This document shows positions 14,356 through 28,400 of a stretch of DNA of 64,000 bases, one piece after another (positions within the stretch are counted from its first letter, which is position 1; every line of letters starts with the position of its first letter). The notes beneath the pieces are model-generated. The model saw nothing but the letters and a program-made list of their open reading frames with translations, had not been told where the DNA came from and did not search any database. This DNA comes from Eledone cirrhosa (Eukaryota). Location of the stretch: NCBI GenBank assembly GCA_964016885.1, contig OZ024749.1, positions 14,322,001-14,386,000 of the forward strand, given 5' to 3'. The translations under genes and the position numbers were made by a program.

Positions 14356-17300
14356 TCTGTCACACATGCTATATGGCACAGGTCTGCCACACATACTATA
14401 TGGCACAGGTCTGCCACACATACTATATGGCACAGGTGTCCCACACATACTATATGGCACAGGTCTTCCACACATACAATATGGCACAGGTCTGTCACAC
14501 ATACTATATGGCACAGGTGTGCCACACATACTATATGGTACAGATCTGCCACACATACTATATGGCACAGGTCTGCCACACATACTATATGGCACAGGTC
14601 TTCCAGACATAATATATGGCACAGGTCTGCCACACATACTATATGGCACAGGTCTTCCACACATACTATATGGCACAGGTCTGCCACACACACTATATGG
14701 CACAGGTGTGCCAAACATACTATATGGCACAGGTCTGCCACACATACTAAATGGCACAGGTGTGCCACACATACTATATGGCACAGGTCTGTCACACATA
14801 CTATATGGCACAGGTGTCCCACACATACTATATGACACAGGTCTTCCACACATACTATATGGCACAGGTGTCCCACACATACTATATGGCACAGGTCTGT
14901 CACACATACTATATGGCACAGGTCTTCCACACATACTATATGGCACAGGTGTACCACACATACTATATGGCACAGGTCTGCCACACATACTATATGGCAC
15001 ATGTCTTCCACACATACTATATGGCACAGGTCTGTCACACATACTATATGGCACAGGTCTGTCACACATGCTATATGGCACAGGTCTTCCACACATACTA
15101 TATGGCACAGGTGTGCCACACATACTATATGGCACAGGTCTGTCACACATACTATATGGCACAGGTGTGCCACACATGCTATATGGCACAGGTCTGTCAC
15201 ACATACTATATGGCACAGGTGTCCCACACATACTATATGGCACAGGTGTCCCACACATACTATATGGCACAGGTCTTCCACACATACTATATGGCACAGG
15301 TATGTCACACATACTATATGGCACAGGTCTGCCACACATACTATATGGCACAGGTGTCCCACACATACTATATGGCACAGGTATGCCACACATACTATAT
15401 GGCACAGGTCGTCCACACATACTATATGGCACAGGTCTTCCACACATACTATATGGCACAGGTGTCCCACACATACTATATGGCACAGCTCTGTCACACA
15501 TACTATATGGCACAGGTCTACCACACATACTATATGGCACAGGTGTACCACACATACTATATAGCACAGGTGTCCCACACATACTATATGGCACAGGTCT
15601 GCCACACATACTATATGGCACAGGTGTCCCACACATACTATATGGCACTGGTCTTCCACACATACTATATGGCACAGGTCTTCCACACATACTATATGGC
15701 ACAGGTCTGCCACACATACTATATGGCACAGGTCTTCCACACATACTATATGGCACAGGTCTGCCACACATACTATATGGCACATGTCTTCCACACATAC
15801 TATATGGCACAGATGTGCCACACATACTATATGGCACTGGTCTTCCACACATACTATATGGCACAGATCTGCCACACATACTATATTGCACAGGTCTGCC
15901 ACACATAGTATATGGCACAGGTCTTCCAGACATACTATATGGCACAGGTCTGCCACACATACTATATGGCACAGGTCTTCCACACATACTATATGGCACA
16001 GGTCTGCCACACACACTATATGGCACATGTCTTCCACACATACTATATGGCACTGGTCTACCACACATACTATATGGCACAGGTCTGCCACACATACTAT
16101 ATGGCACAGGTGTGCCAAACATACTATATGGCACAGGTCTGCCACACATACTATATGGCACAGGTGTGCCACACATACTATATGGCACAGGTCTGTCACA
16201 CATACTATATGGCACAGGTGTCCCACACATACTATATGGCACAGGTCTTCCACACATACTATATGGCACAGGTGTCCCACACATACTATATTGCACAGGT
16301 CTGTCACACATACTATATGGCACAGGTCTTCCACACATACTATATGGCACAGGTGTACCACACATACTATATGGCACAGGTCTGCCACACATACTATATG
16401 GCACATGTCTTCCACACATACTATATGGCACAGGTCTGTCACACATACTATATGGCACAGGTCTGTCACACATGCTATATGGCACAGGTCTTCCACACAT
16501 ACTATATGGCACAGGTGTGCCACACATACTATATGGCACAGGTCTGCCACACATACTATATGGCACAGGTGTGCCACACATACTATATGGCACAGGTCTG
16601 TCACACATACTATATGGCACAGGTGTCCCACACATACTATATGGCACAGGTGTCCCACACATACTATATGGCACAGGTCTTCCACACATACTATATGACA
16701 CAGGTCTGTCACACATACTATATGGCACAGGTCTGCCACATATACTATATGGCACAGGTCTGTCACACATACTACATGGCACAAGTCTGCCACACATACT
16801 ATATGGCACATGTGTGCCACACATACTATATGGCACAGGTCTGTCACACATACTATATGGCACAGGTCTGCCACACATACTATATGGCACATGTGTCCCA
16901 CACATACTATATGGCACAGGTGTCCCACATACTATATGGCACAGGTCTTCCACACATACTATATGGCACATGTCTTCCACACATACTATATGGCACAGGT
17001 CTTCCACACATACTATATGGCACATGTGTGCCACACATACTATATGGCACAGGTCTTCCTCACATACTATATGCACATGTGTGCCACATATACTATATGG
17101 CACAGGTCTGCCACACATACTATATGGCACAGGTGTGCCACATATAATATATAGCACAGGTCTGTCACACATACTATATGGCACAGGTGTGCCACACATA
17201 CTATATGGCACAGGTCTTCCACATATACTGTATGGCACAGGTCTTCCACACATACTATATGGCACAGGTGTACCACATATACTATATGGCACAGGTCTGC

Positions 17301-20300
17301 CACACATACTATATGGCACAGGTCTTCCACACATACTATATGGCACAGGTGTACCACATATACTATATGGTACATGTGTACCACACATACTATATGGCAC
17401 AGGTGTACCACACATACCATATGGCACAGGTCTTCCACACATACTATATGGCACAGGTGTACCACACATACTATATGGCACAGGTCTGTCACACATACTA
17501 TATGGCACAGGTCTTCCACACATACTATATGGCACATGTCTGCCATACATACTATATGGCACAGGTGTCCCACACATACTATATGGCACAGGTCTTCCAC
17601 ACATACAATATGGCACAGGTCTGTCACACATACTATATGGCACAGGTATGCCACACATACTATATGGCACAGGTGTGCCACACATACTATATGGCACAGG
17701 TCTTCCACACATACTATATGGCACAGGTCTTCCACACATACTATATGGCACAAGTCTGCCACACATACTATATGGCACAGGTCTGTCACACATACTATAT
17801 GGCACAGGTCTTCCACACATACTATATGGCACAGGTCTTCCACACATACTATATGGCACAGGTCTTCCACACATACTATATGGCACATGTCTTCCACACA
17901 TATTATATGGCACAGGTCTTCCACACATACTATATGGCAAAGGTCTTCCACACATACTGTATGGCACAGGTGTCCCACACATACTATATGGCACAGGTGT
18001 CCCACACATACTATATGGCACAGGTCTTCCACACATACTATATGGCACAGGTGTCCCACACATACTATATGGCACAGGTGTCCCACACATACTATATGGC
18101 ACAGGTATGTCACACATACTATATGGCACAGGTGTACCACACATACTATATGGCACAGGTCTTCCACACATACTATATGGCACAGGTCTTCCACACATAC
18201 TATATGGCACAGGTGTCCCACACATACTATATGGCACAGGTCTGTCACACATACTATATGGCACAGGTCTGCCACACATACTATATGGCACAGGTGTACC
18301 ACACATACTATATAGCACAGGTGTCCCACACATACTATATGGCACAGGTCTGCCACACATACTATATGGCACAGGTGTCCCACACATACTATATGGCACT
18401 GGTCTTCCACAAATACTATATGGCACAGGTCTGCCACACATACTATATGGCACAGGTCTGCCACACATACTATATGGCACAGGTCTTCTACACATACTAT
18501 ATGGCACAGGTCTGCCACACATACTATATGGCACATGTCTTCCACACATACTATATGGCACAGGTCTTCCACACATACTATATGGCACTGGTCTTCCACA
18601 CATACTATATGGCACAGATCTGCCACACATACTATATGGCACAGGTCTTCCACACATACTATTTGGCACAGATCTTCCAGACATACTATATGGCACAGGT
18701 CTCCCACACATACAATATGGCACAGGTCTTCCACACATACTATATGGCACAGGTCTGCCACACACACTATATGGCACAGGTCTGCCACACATACTATATG
18801 GCACTGGTCTTCCACACATACTATATGGCACAGGTATGCCACACATACTATATGGCACAGGTGTGCCAAACATACTATATGGCACAGGTCTGCCACACAT
18901 ACTATATGGCACAGGTGTGCCCCACATACTATATGGCACAGGTCTGTCACACATACTATATGGCACAGGTGTCCCACACATACTATATGGCACAGGTCTT
19001 CCACACATACTATATGGCACAGGTGTCCCACACATACTATATGGCACAGGTCTGTCACACATACTATATGGCACAGGTCTTTCACACATACTATATGGCA
19101 CAGGTGTACCACACATACTATAAGGCACAGGTCTGCCACACATACTATATGGCACATGTCTTCCACACATACTATATGGCACAAGTCTGTCACACATACT
19201 ATATGGCACAGGTCTGTCACACATGCTATATGGCACAGGTCTTCCACACATACTATATGGCACAGGTCTTCCACACATACTATATGGCACAGGTGTGCCA
19301 CACATACTATATGGCACAGGTGTCCCACACATACTATATGGCACAGGTCTTCCACACATACTATATGGCACAGGTCTGTCACACATACTATATGGCACAG
19401 GTCTGCCACACATACTATATGGCACATGTGTCCCACACATTCTATATGGCACAGGTCTGTCAAACATACTATATGGCACAGGTCTGCCACACATACTATA
19501 TGGCACATGTGTGCCACACATACTATATGGCACAGGTCTGTCACACATACTATATGGCACAGGTCTGCCACACATACTATATGGCACATGTGTCCCACAC
19601 ATACTATATGGCACAGGTCTTCCACACATACTATATGGCACATGTGTGCCACATATACTATATGGCACAGGTCTGCCACACATACTATATGGTACAGGTG
19701 TGCCACATATACTATATAGCACAGGTCTGTCACACATACTATATGGCACAGGTGTGCCACACATACTATATGGCACAGGTCTTCCACATATACTATATGG
19801 CACAGGTCTTCCACACATACTATATGCACAGGTGTACCACATATACTATATGGCACAGGTCTGCCACACATACTATATGGCACAGGTCTGCCACACATAC
19901 TATATGGCACAGGTGTACCACATATACTATATGGCACAGGTGTACCACACATACTATATGGCACAGGTCTTCAACATATACTATATGGCACAGGTCTTCC
20001 ACACATACTATATGGCACAGGTGTACCACATATACTATATGGCACATGTGTACCACACATACTATATGGCACAGGTGTACCACACATACTATATGGCACA
20101 GGTCTTCCACACATACTATATGGCACAGGTGTACCACACATACTATATGGCACAGGTCTGTCACACATACTATATGGCACAGGTCTGCCACACATACTAT
20201 ATGGCACAGGTGTCCCACACATACTATATGGCACAGGTCTTCCACACATACAATATGGCACAGGTCTGTCACACATACTATATGGCACAGGTGTGCCACA

Positions 20301-22430
20301 CATACTATATGGCACAGGTGTGCCACACATACTCTATGGCACAGGTCTGCCACACATACTATATGGCACAGGTGTGCCACACATACTATATGGCACAGGT
20401 CTGTCACACATACTATATGGCACAGGTCTGCCACACATACTATATGGCACATGTGTCCCACACATACTATATGGCACAGGTGTCCGACATACTATATGGC
20501 ACAGGTCTGCCACACATACTATATGGCACATGTCTTCCACACATACTATATGGCACAGGTCTTCCACACATACTATATGGCACATGTGTCCCACACATAC
20601 TATATGGCACAGGTCTTCCACACATACTATATGGCACATGTGTGCCACATATACTATATGGCACAGGTCTGCCACACATACTATATGGTACAGGTGTGCC
20701 ACATATACTATATAGCACAGGTCTGTCACACATACTATATGGCACAGGTGTGCCACACATACTATATGGCACAGGTCTGCCACACATACTATATGGCACA
20801 GGTGTGCCACACATACTATATGGCACAGGTCTGTCACACATACTATATGGCACAGGTCTGTCACACATACTATATGGCACAGGTCTCCCACACATACTAT
20901 ATGGCACAGGTCTGTCACACATACTATATGGCACAGGTCTTCCACACATACTTTATGGCACAGGTCTGCCACACATACTATATGGCACAGGTTTGTCACA
21001 CATACTATATGGCACAGGTCTGCCACACATACTATATGGCACAGGTCTTCCACACATACTATATGGCACAGGTGTCCCACACATACTATATGGCACAGGT
21101 CTTCCACACATACTATATGGCACAGGTCTTCCACACATACTATATGGCACAGGTCTTCCACACATACTATATGGCACATGTCTTCCACCCATATTATATG
21201 GCACAGGTCTTCCACACATACTATATGGCACAGGTCTTCCACACATACTGTATGGCACAGGTGTCCCACACATACTATATGGCACAGGTGTCCCACACAT
21301 ACTATATGGCACAGGTCTTCCACACATACTATATGGCACAGGTGTCCCACACATACTATATGGCACAGGTGTCCCACACATACTATATGGCACAGGTATG
21401 CCACACATACTATATGGCACAGGTGTACCACACATACTATATGGCACAGGTCTTCCACACATACTATATGGCACAGGTCTTCCACACATACTATATGGCA
21501 CAGGTGTCCCACACATACTATATGGCACAGGTCTGTCACACATACTATATGGCACAGGTCTGCCACACATACTATATGGCACAGGTGTACCACACATACT
21601 ATATAGCACAGGTGTCCCACACATACTATATGGCACAGGTCTGCCACACATACTATATGGCACAGGTGTCCCACACATACTATATGGCACTGGTCTTCCA
21701 CACATACTATATGGCACAGGTCTGCCACACATACTATATGGCACAGGTCTGCCACACATACTATATCGCACAGGTCTTCTACACATACTATATGGCACAG
21801 GTCTGCCACACATACTATATGGCACATGTCTTCCACACATACTATATGGCACAGGTCTTCCACACATACTATATGGCACTGGTCTTCCACACATACTATA
21901 TGGCACAGATCTGCCACACATACAATATGGCACAGGTCTTCCACACATACTATATGGCACAGGTCTTCCAGACATACTATATGGCACAGGTCTCCCACAC
22001 ATACTATATGGCACAGGTCTTCCACACATACTATACGGCACAGGTCTGCCACACACACTATATGGCACATGTCTTCCACACATACTATATGGCACTGGTC
22101 TTCCACACATACTATATGGCACAGGTATGCCACACATACTATATGGCACAGGTGTGCCAAACATACTCTATGGCACTGGTCTGCCACACATACTATATGG
22201 CACAGGTGTGCCACACATACTATAAGGCACAGGTCTGCCACACATACTATATGGCACATGTCTTCCACACATACTATATGGCACAGGTCTGTCACACATA
22301 CTATATGGCACAGGTCTGTCACACATGCTATATGGCACAGGTCTTCCACACATATTATATGTCACAGGTCTTCCACACATACTATATGGCACAGGTGTGC
22401 CACACATACTATATGGCACAGGTGTGCCAC
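14356..22430. repeat. Transition zone of the same satellite without an exact tandem HOR; older, more diverged partial duplications (e.g. offset 3291 between about 17.8-18.9 kb and 21.1-22.2 kb)
   Basis: Many singleton variants (GGTCGTCC ~15408, CAGCTCTG ~15486, GGCAAAGG ~17936, GTGCCCC ~18917). ORF pair 18535/21826 is similar but not identical. First appearance of CACTGG, CTACC, CTCCC and 26-bp monomers. Confidence 0.75.
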
Positions 22431-25400
22431 ACATACTATATGGCACAGGTCTGCCACACATACTATATGGCACAGGTCTGTCACACATACTATATGGCAC
22501 AGGTGTCCCACACATACTATATGGCACAGGTCTTCCACACATACTATATGGCACAGGTCTGTCACACATACTATATGGCACAGGTCTGCCACACATACTA
22601 TATGGCACATGTGTGCCACACATTCTATATGGCACAGGTCTGTCAAACATACTATATGGCACAGGTCTGCCACACATACTATATGGCACATGTGTGCCAC
22701 ACATACTATATGGCACAGGTCTGTCACACATACTATATGGCACAGGTCTTCCACACATACTATATGGCACATGTGTCCCACACATACTATATGGCACAGG
22801 TGTCCCACATACTATATGGCACAGGTCTGCCACACATACTATATGGCACATGTCTTCCACACATACTATATGGCACATGTCTTCCACACATAATATATGG
22901 CACAGGTCTTCCACACATACTATATGGCACATGTGTCCCACACATAATATATGGCACAGGTCTTCCACACATACTATATGGCACATGTGTGCCACATATA
23001 CTATATGGCACAGGTCTGGCACACATACTATATGGTACAGGTGTGCCACATATACTATATAGCACAGGTCTGTCACACATACTATATGGCACAGGTGTGC
23101 CACAGATACTATATGGCACAGGTCTTCCACATATACTATATGGCACAGGTCTTCCACACATACTATATGGCACAGGTGTACCACATATACTATATGGCAC
23201 AGGTGTACCACACATACTATATTGCACAGGTGTACCACACATACTATATGGCACAGGTCTTCCACACATACTATATGGCACAGGTGTACCACACATACTA
23301 TATGGCACAGGTCTGTCACACATACTATATGGCACAGGTCTGCCTCACATACTATATGGCACAGGTGTCCCACACATACTATATGGCACAGGTCTACCAC
23401 ACATACAATATGGCACAGGTCTGTCACACATACTATATGGCACAGGTGTGCCACACATACTATATGGCACAGGTCTGCACACATACTATATGGCACAGGT
23501 CTTCCACACATACTATATGGCACAGGTGTGCCACACATACTATATGGCACAGGTCTGTCACACATACTATATGGCACAGGTCTGCCACACATACTATATG
23601 GCACAGGTCTGTCACACATACTATATGGCACAGGTGTTCCACACATACTATATGGCACAGGTCTTCCACACATACTATATGGCACAGGTCTTCCACATAT
23701 ACTATATGGCATAGGTCTGTCACACATACTATATGGCACAGGTCTTCCACATATACTATATGGCACAGGTCTGTCACACATACTATATGGCACAGGTCTT
23801 CCACACATACTATATGGCACATGTATGCCACACATACTATATGGCACAGGTCTGCCATACATACTATATGGCACAGGTGTGCCACATATACTATATAGCA
23901 CAGGTCTGTCACACATACTATATGGCACAGGTGTTCCACACATACTATATGGCACAGGTCTTCCACACATACTATATGGCACAGGTCTTCCACATATACT
24001 ATATGGCATAGGTCTGTCACACATACTATATGGCACAGGTCTTCCACATATACTATATGGCACAGGTCTTCCACATATACTATATGGCACAGGTCTGTCA
24101 CACATACTATATGGCACAGGTCTTCCACACATACTATATGGCACAGGTGTACCACATATACTATATGGCACAGGGGTGCCACACAGACTATATGGCACAG
24201 GTGTGCCACACATACTATATGGCACAGGTCTGCCACACATACTATATGGCACAGGTCTGCCACATATACTATATGGCACAGGTCTACCACACATACTATA
24301 TGGCACAGGTCTGCCACACATACTATATGGCACAGGTGTGCCACACATACTATATGGCACAGGTGTTCCACACATACTATATGGCACAGGTGTACCACAC
24401 ATACTATATGGCACAGGTGTGCCACACATAGTATATTGCACAGGTCTGCCACACATACTATATGGCACAGGTGTGCCACACATACTATATGGCACAGGTG
24501 TACCACACATACTATATGGCACAGGTGTGCCACACATACTATATGGCACAGGTCTCCCACACATACTATATGGCACAGGTCTGCCACATACTATATGGCA
24601 CAGGTCTGCCAAACATACTATATGGCACAGGTGTACCACATATACTATATGGCACTGGTGTTCCACACATACTATATGGCACAGGTCTCCCACATATACT
24701 ATATGGCACAGGTCTGCCACACATACTATATGGCACAGGTCTTCCACACATACTATATGGCACAGGTCTGCCACACATACCATATGGCACAGGTCTTCCA
24801 CACATACTATATGGCACAGGTCTTCCACACATACTATATGGCACATGTCTTCCACACATACTATATGGCACAGGTCTGTCACACATACTATATGGCACAG
24901 GTCTTCCACACATACTATATGGCACAGGTCTTCCACACATACTATATGGCACATGTCTTCCACACATACTATATGGCACAGGTGTTCCACACATACTATA
25001 TGGCACAGGTCTGCCACATATACTATATGGCACAGGTCTGTCACACATACTGTATGGTACAGGTCTCCCACACATACAATATGGCACAAGTCTTCCACAC
25101 ATACTATATGGCACAGGTCTTCCACATATACTATATGGCACAGGTCTGTCACACATACTATATGGCACAGGACTGTCACACATACTATATGGCACAGGTC
25201 TCCCACACATACTATATGGCACAGGTGCACCACATATACTAAATGGCACAGGTGTTCCACACATACTATATGGCACAGGTCTGCCACATATACTATATGG
25301 CACAGGTCTGCCACACATACTATATGGCACAGGTCTTCCACACATACTATATGGCACAGGTCTGCCACACATACCATATGGCACAGGTCTTCCACACATA

Positions 25401-28400
25401 CTATATGGCACAGGTGTCCCACACATACTATATGGCACAGGTCTTCCACACATACAATATGGCACAGATCTACCACACATACTATATGGCACATGTCTTC
25501 CACACATACTATATGGCACATGTCTTCCACACATACAATATGGCACAGGTCTACCACACATACTATATGGCACATGTCTTCCACACATACTATATGGCAC
25601 ATGTCTTCCACACATACAATATGGCACAGGTCTTCCACACATACTATATGGCACATGTCTTCCACACATACTATATGGCACAGGTCTGCCAAACATACTA
25701 TATGGCACAGGTCTTCCACACATACTATGTGGCGCAGGTCTGCCACACATACTATATGGCACAGGTCTGCCACACATACTATATGGCACAGGTCTGCCAC
25801 ACATACTATATAGCACAGGTCTTCCACACATACTATATGGCACAGGTGTACCACATATACTATATGGCACAGGTGTTCCACACATACTATATGGCACAGG
25901 TGTACCACATATACTATATGGCACAGGTCTGCCACACATACTATATGGCACAGGTCTTCCACACATACTATATGGCACAGGTGTACCACACATACTATAT
26001 GGCACAGGTCTTCCACACGTACTATATGGCACAGGTGTGCCACACATACTATATGGCACAGGTCTTCCACACATACTATATGGCACATGTGTGCCACACG
26101 TACTATATGGCACAGGTCTTCCACACATACTATATGGCACAGGTGTGCCACACATACAATATCGCACAGGTCTTCCACACATACTATATGGCACAGGTCT
26201 TCCACAAATACTATGTGGCACAGGTCTGCCACACATACTATATGGCACAGGTCTGTCACACATACTATATGGCACAGGTCTTCCACACATACTATATGGC
26301 ACAGGTCTTCCACACATACTATATGGCACAGGTCTGCCACACATACTATATGGCACAGGTGTGCCACACGCACTATATGGCACAGGTGTGCCACATATAC
26401 TATATAGCACAGGTCTGTCACGCATACTATATGGCACAGGTCTTCCACACATACTATATGGCACATGTGTGCCAAACATACTATATCGCACATGTATGCC
26501 ACACATATAATATGGCACATGTGTGCCACACATACTATATGGCACACGTCTGTCACACATACTATATGGCACATGTCTTCCACACATACTATATGGCCCA
26601 GGTGTGCCACACATACTATATGGCACAGGTCTGCCACACATACTATATGGCACAGGTCTTCCACACATACTATATGGCACATGTCTGCCACACATACTAT
26701 ATGGCACAGGTGTGTCACACGTACTATATGGCACAGGTGTGCCACATATACTATATATCACAGGTCTGTCACACATACTATATGGCACAGGTCTTCCACA
26801 CATACTATATGGCACATGTGTCCCACACATACTATATGGCACAGGTGTACCACACATACTATATGGCACAGGTGTACCACACATACTATATGGCACAGGT
26901 CTTCCACACATACTATATGGCACAGGTGTACCACACATACTATATGGCACAGGTCTGTCACACATACTATATGGCACAGGTCTGCCACACATACTATATG
27001 GCACAGGTGTCCCACACATACTATATGGCACAGGTCTTCCACACATACAATATGGCACAGGTCTGGCACACATACTATATGGCACAGGTGTGCCACACAT
27101 ACTATATGGCACAGGTGTGCCACACATACTATATGGCACAGGTCTGCCACACATACTATATGGCACAGGTGTGCCACACATACTATATGGCACAGGTCTG
27201 TCACACATACTATATGGCACAGGTCTCCCACAAATACTATATGTCACAGGTCTCCCACACATACTATATGGCACAGGTCTGTCACACATACTATATGGCA
27301 CAGGTCTTCCACACATACTATATGGCCCAGGTCTGCCACACATACTATATGGCACAGGTTTGTCACACATACTATATGGCACAGGTTTGCCACACATACT
27401 ATATGGCACAGGTCTTCCACACATACTATATGGCACAGGTCTGTCACACATACTATATGGCACAGGTCTTCCACACATACTATATGGCACATGTATGCCA
27501 CACATACTATATGGCACAGGTCTGCCATACATACTATATGGCACAGGTGTGCCACATATACTATATAGCACAGGTCTGTCACACATACTATATGGCACAG
27601 GTGTGCCACACATACTATATGGCACAGGTCTTCCACACATACTATATGGCACAGGTCTCCACATATACTATATGGCACAGGTCTTCCACATATACTATAT
27701 GGCACAGGTCTGTCACACATACTATATGGCACAGGTCTTCCACACATACTATATGGCACAGGTGTACCACATATACTATATGGCACAGGTGTGCCACACA
27801 TACTATATGGCACAGGTCTCCCACACATACTATATGGCACAGGTCTCCCACACATACTATATGGCACAGGTCTGCCACATATACTATATGGCACAGGTCT
27901 ACCACACATACTATATGGCACAGGTCTGCCACACATACTATATGGCACAGGTGTGCCACACATACTATATGGCACAGGTGTTCCACACATAATATATGGC
28001 ACAGGTGTACCACACATACTATATGGCACAGGTCTCCCATACATACTATATGGCACAGGTCTTCCACACATACTATATGGCACAGGTGTACCACATATAC
28101 TATATGGCACATGTGTACCACACATACTATATGGCACAGGTGTACCACACATACTATATGGCACAGGTCTTCCACACATACTATATGGCACAGGTGTACC
28201 ACACATACTATATGGCACAGGTCTGTCACACATACTATATGGCACAGGTCTGCCACACATACTATATGGCACAGGTGTCCCACACATACTATATGGCACA
28301 GGTCTTCCACACATACAATATGGCACAGGTCTGTCACACATACTATATGGCACAGGTGTGCCACACATACTATATGGCACAGGTGTGCCACACATACTAT

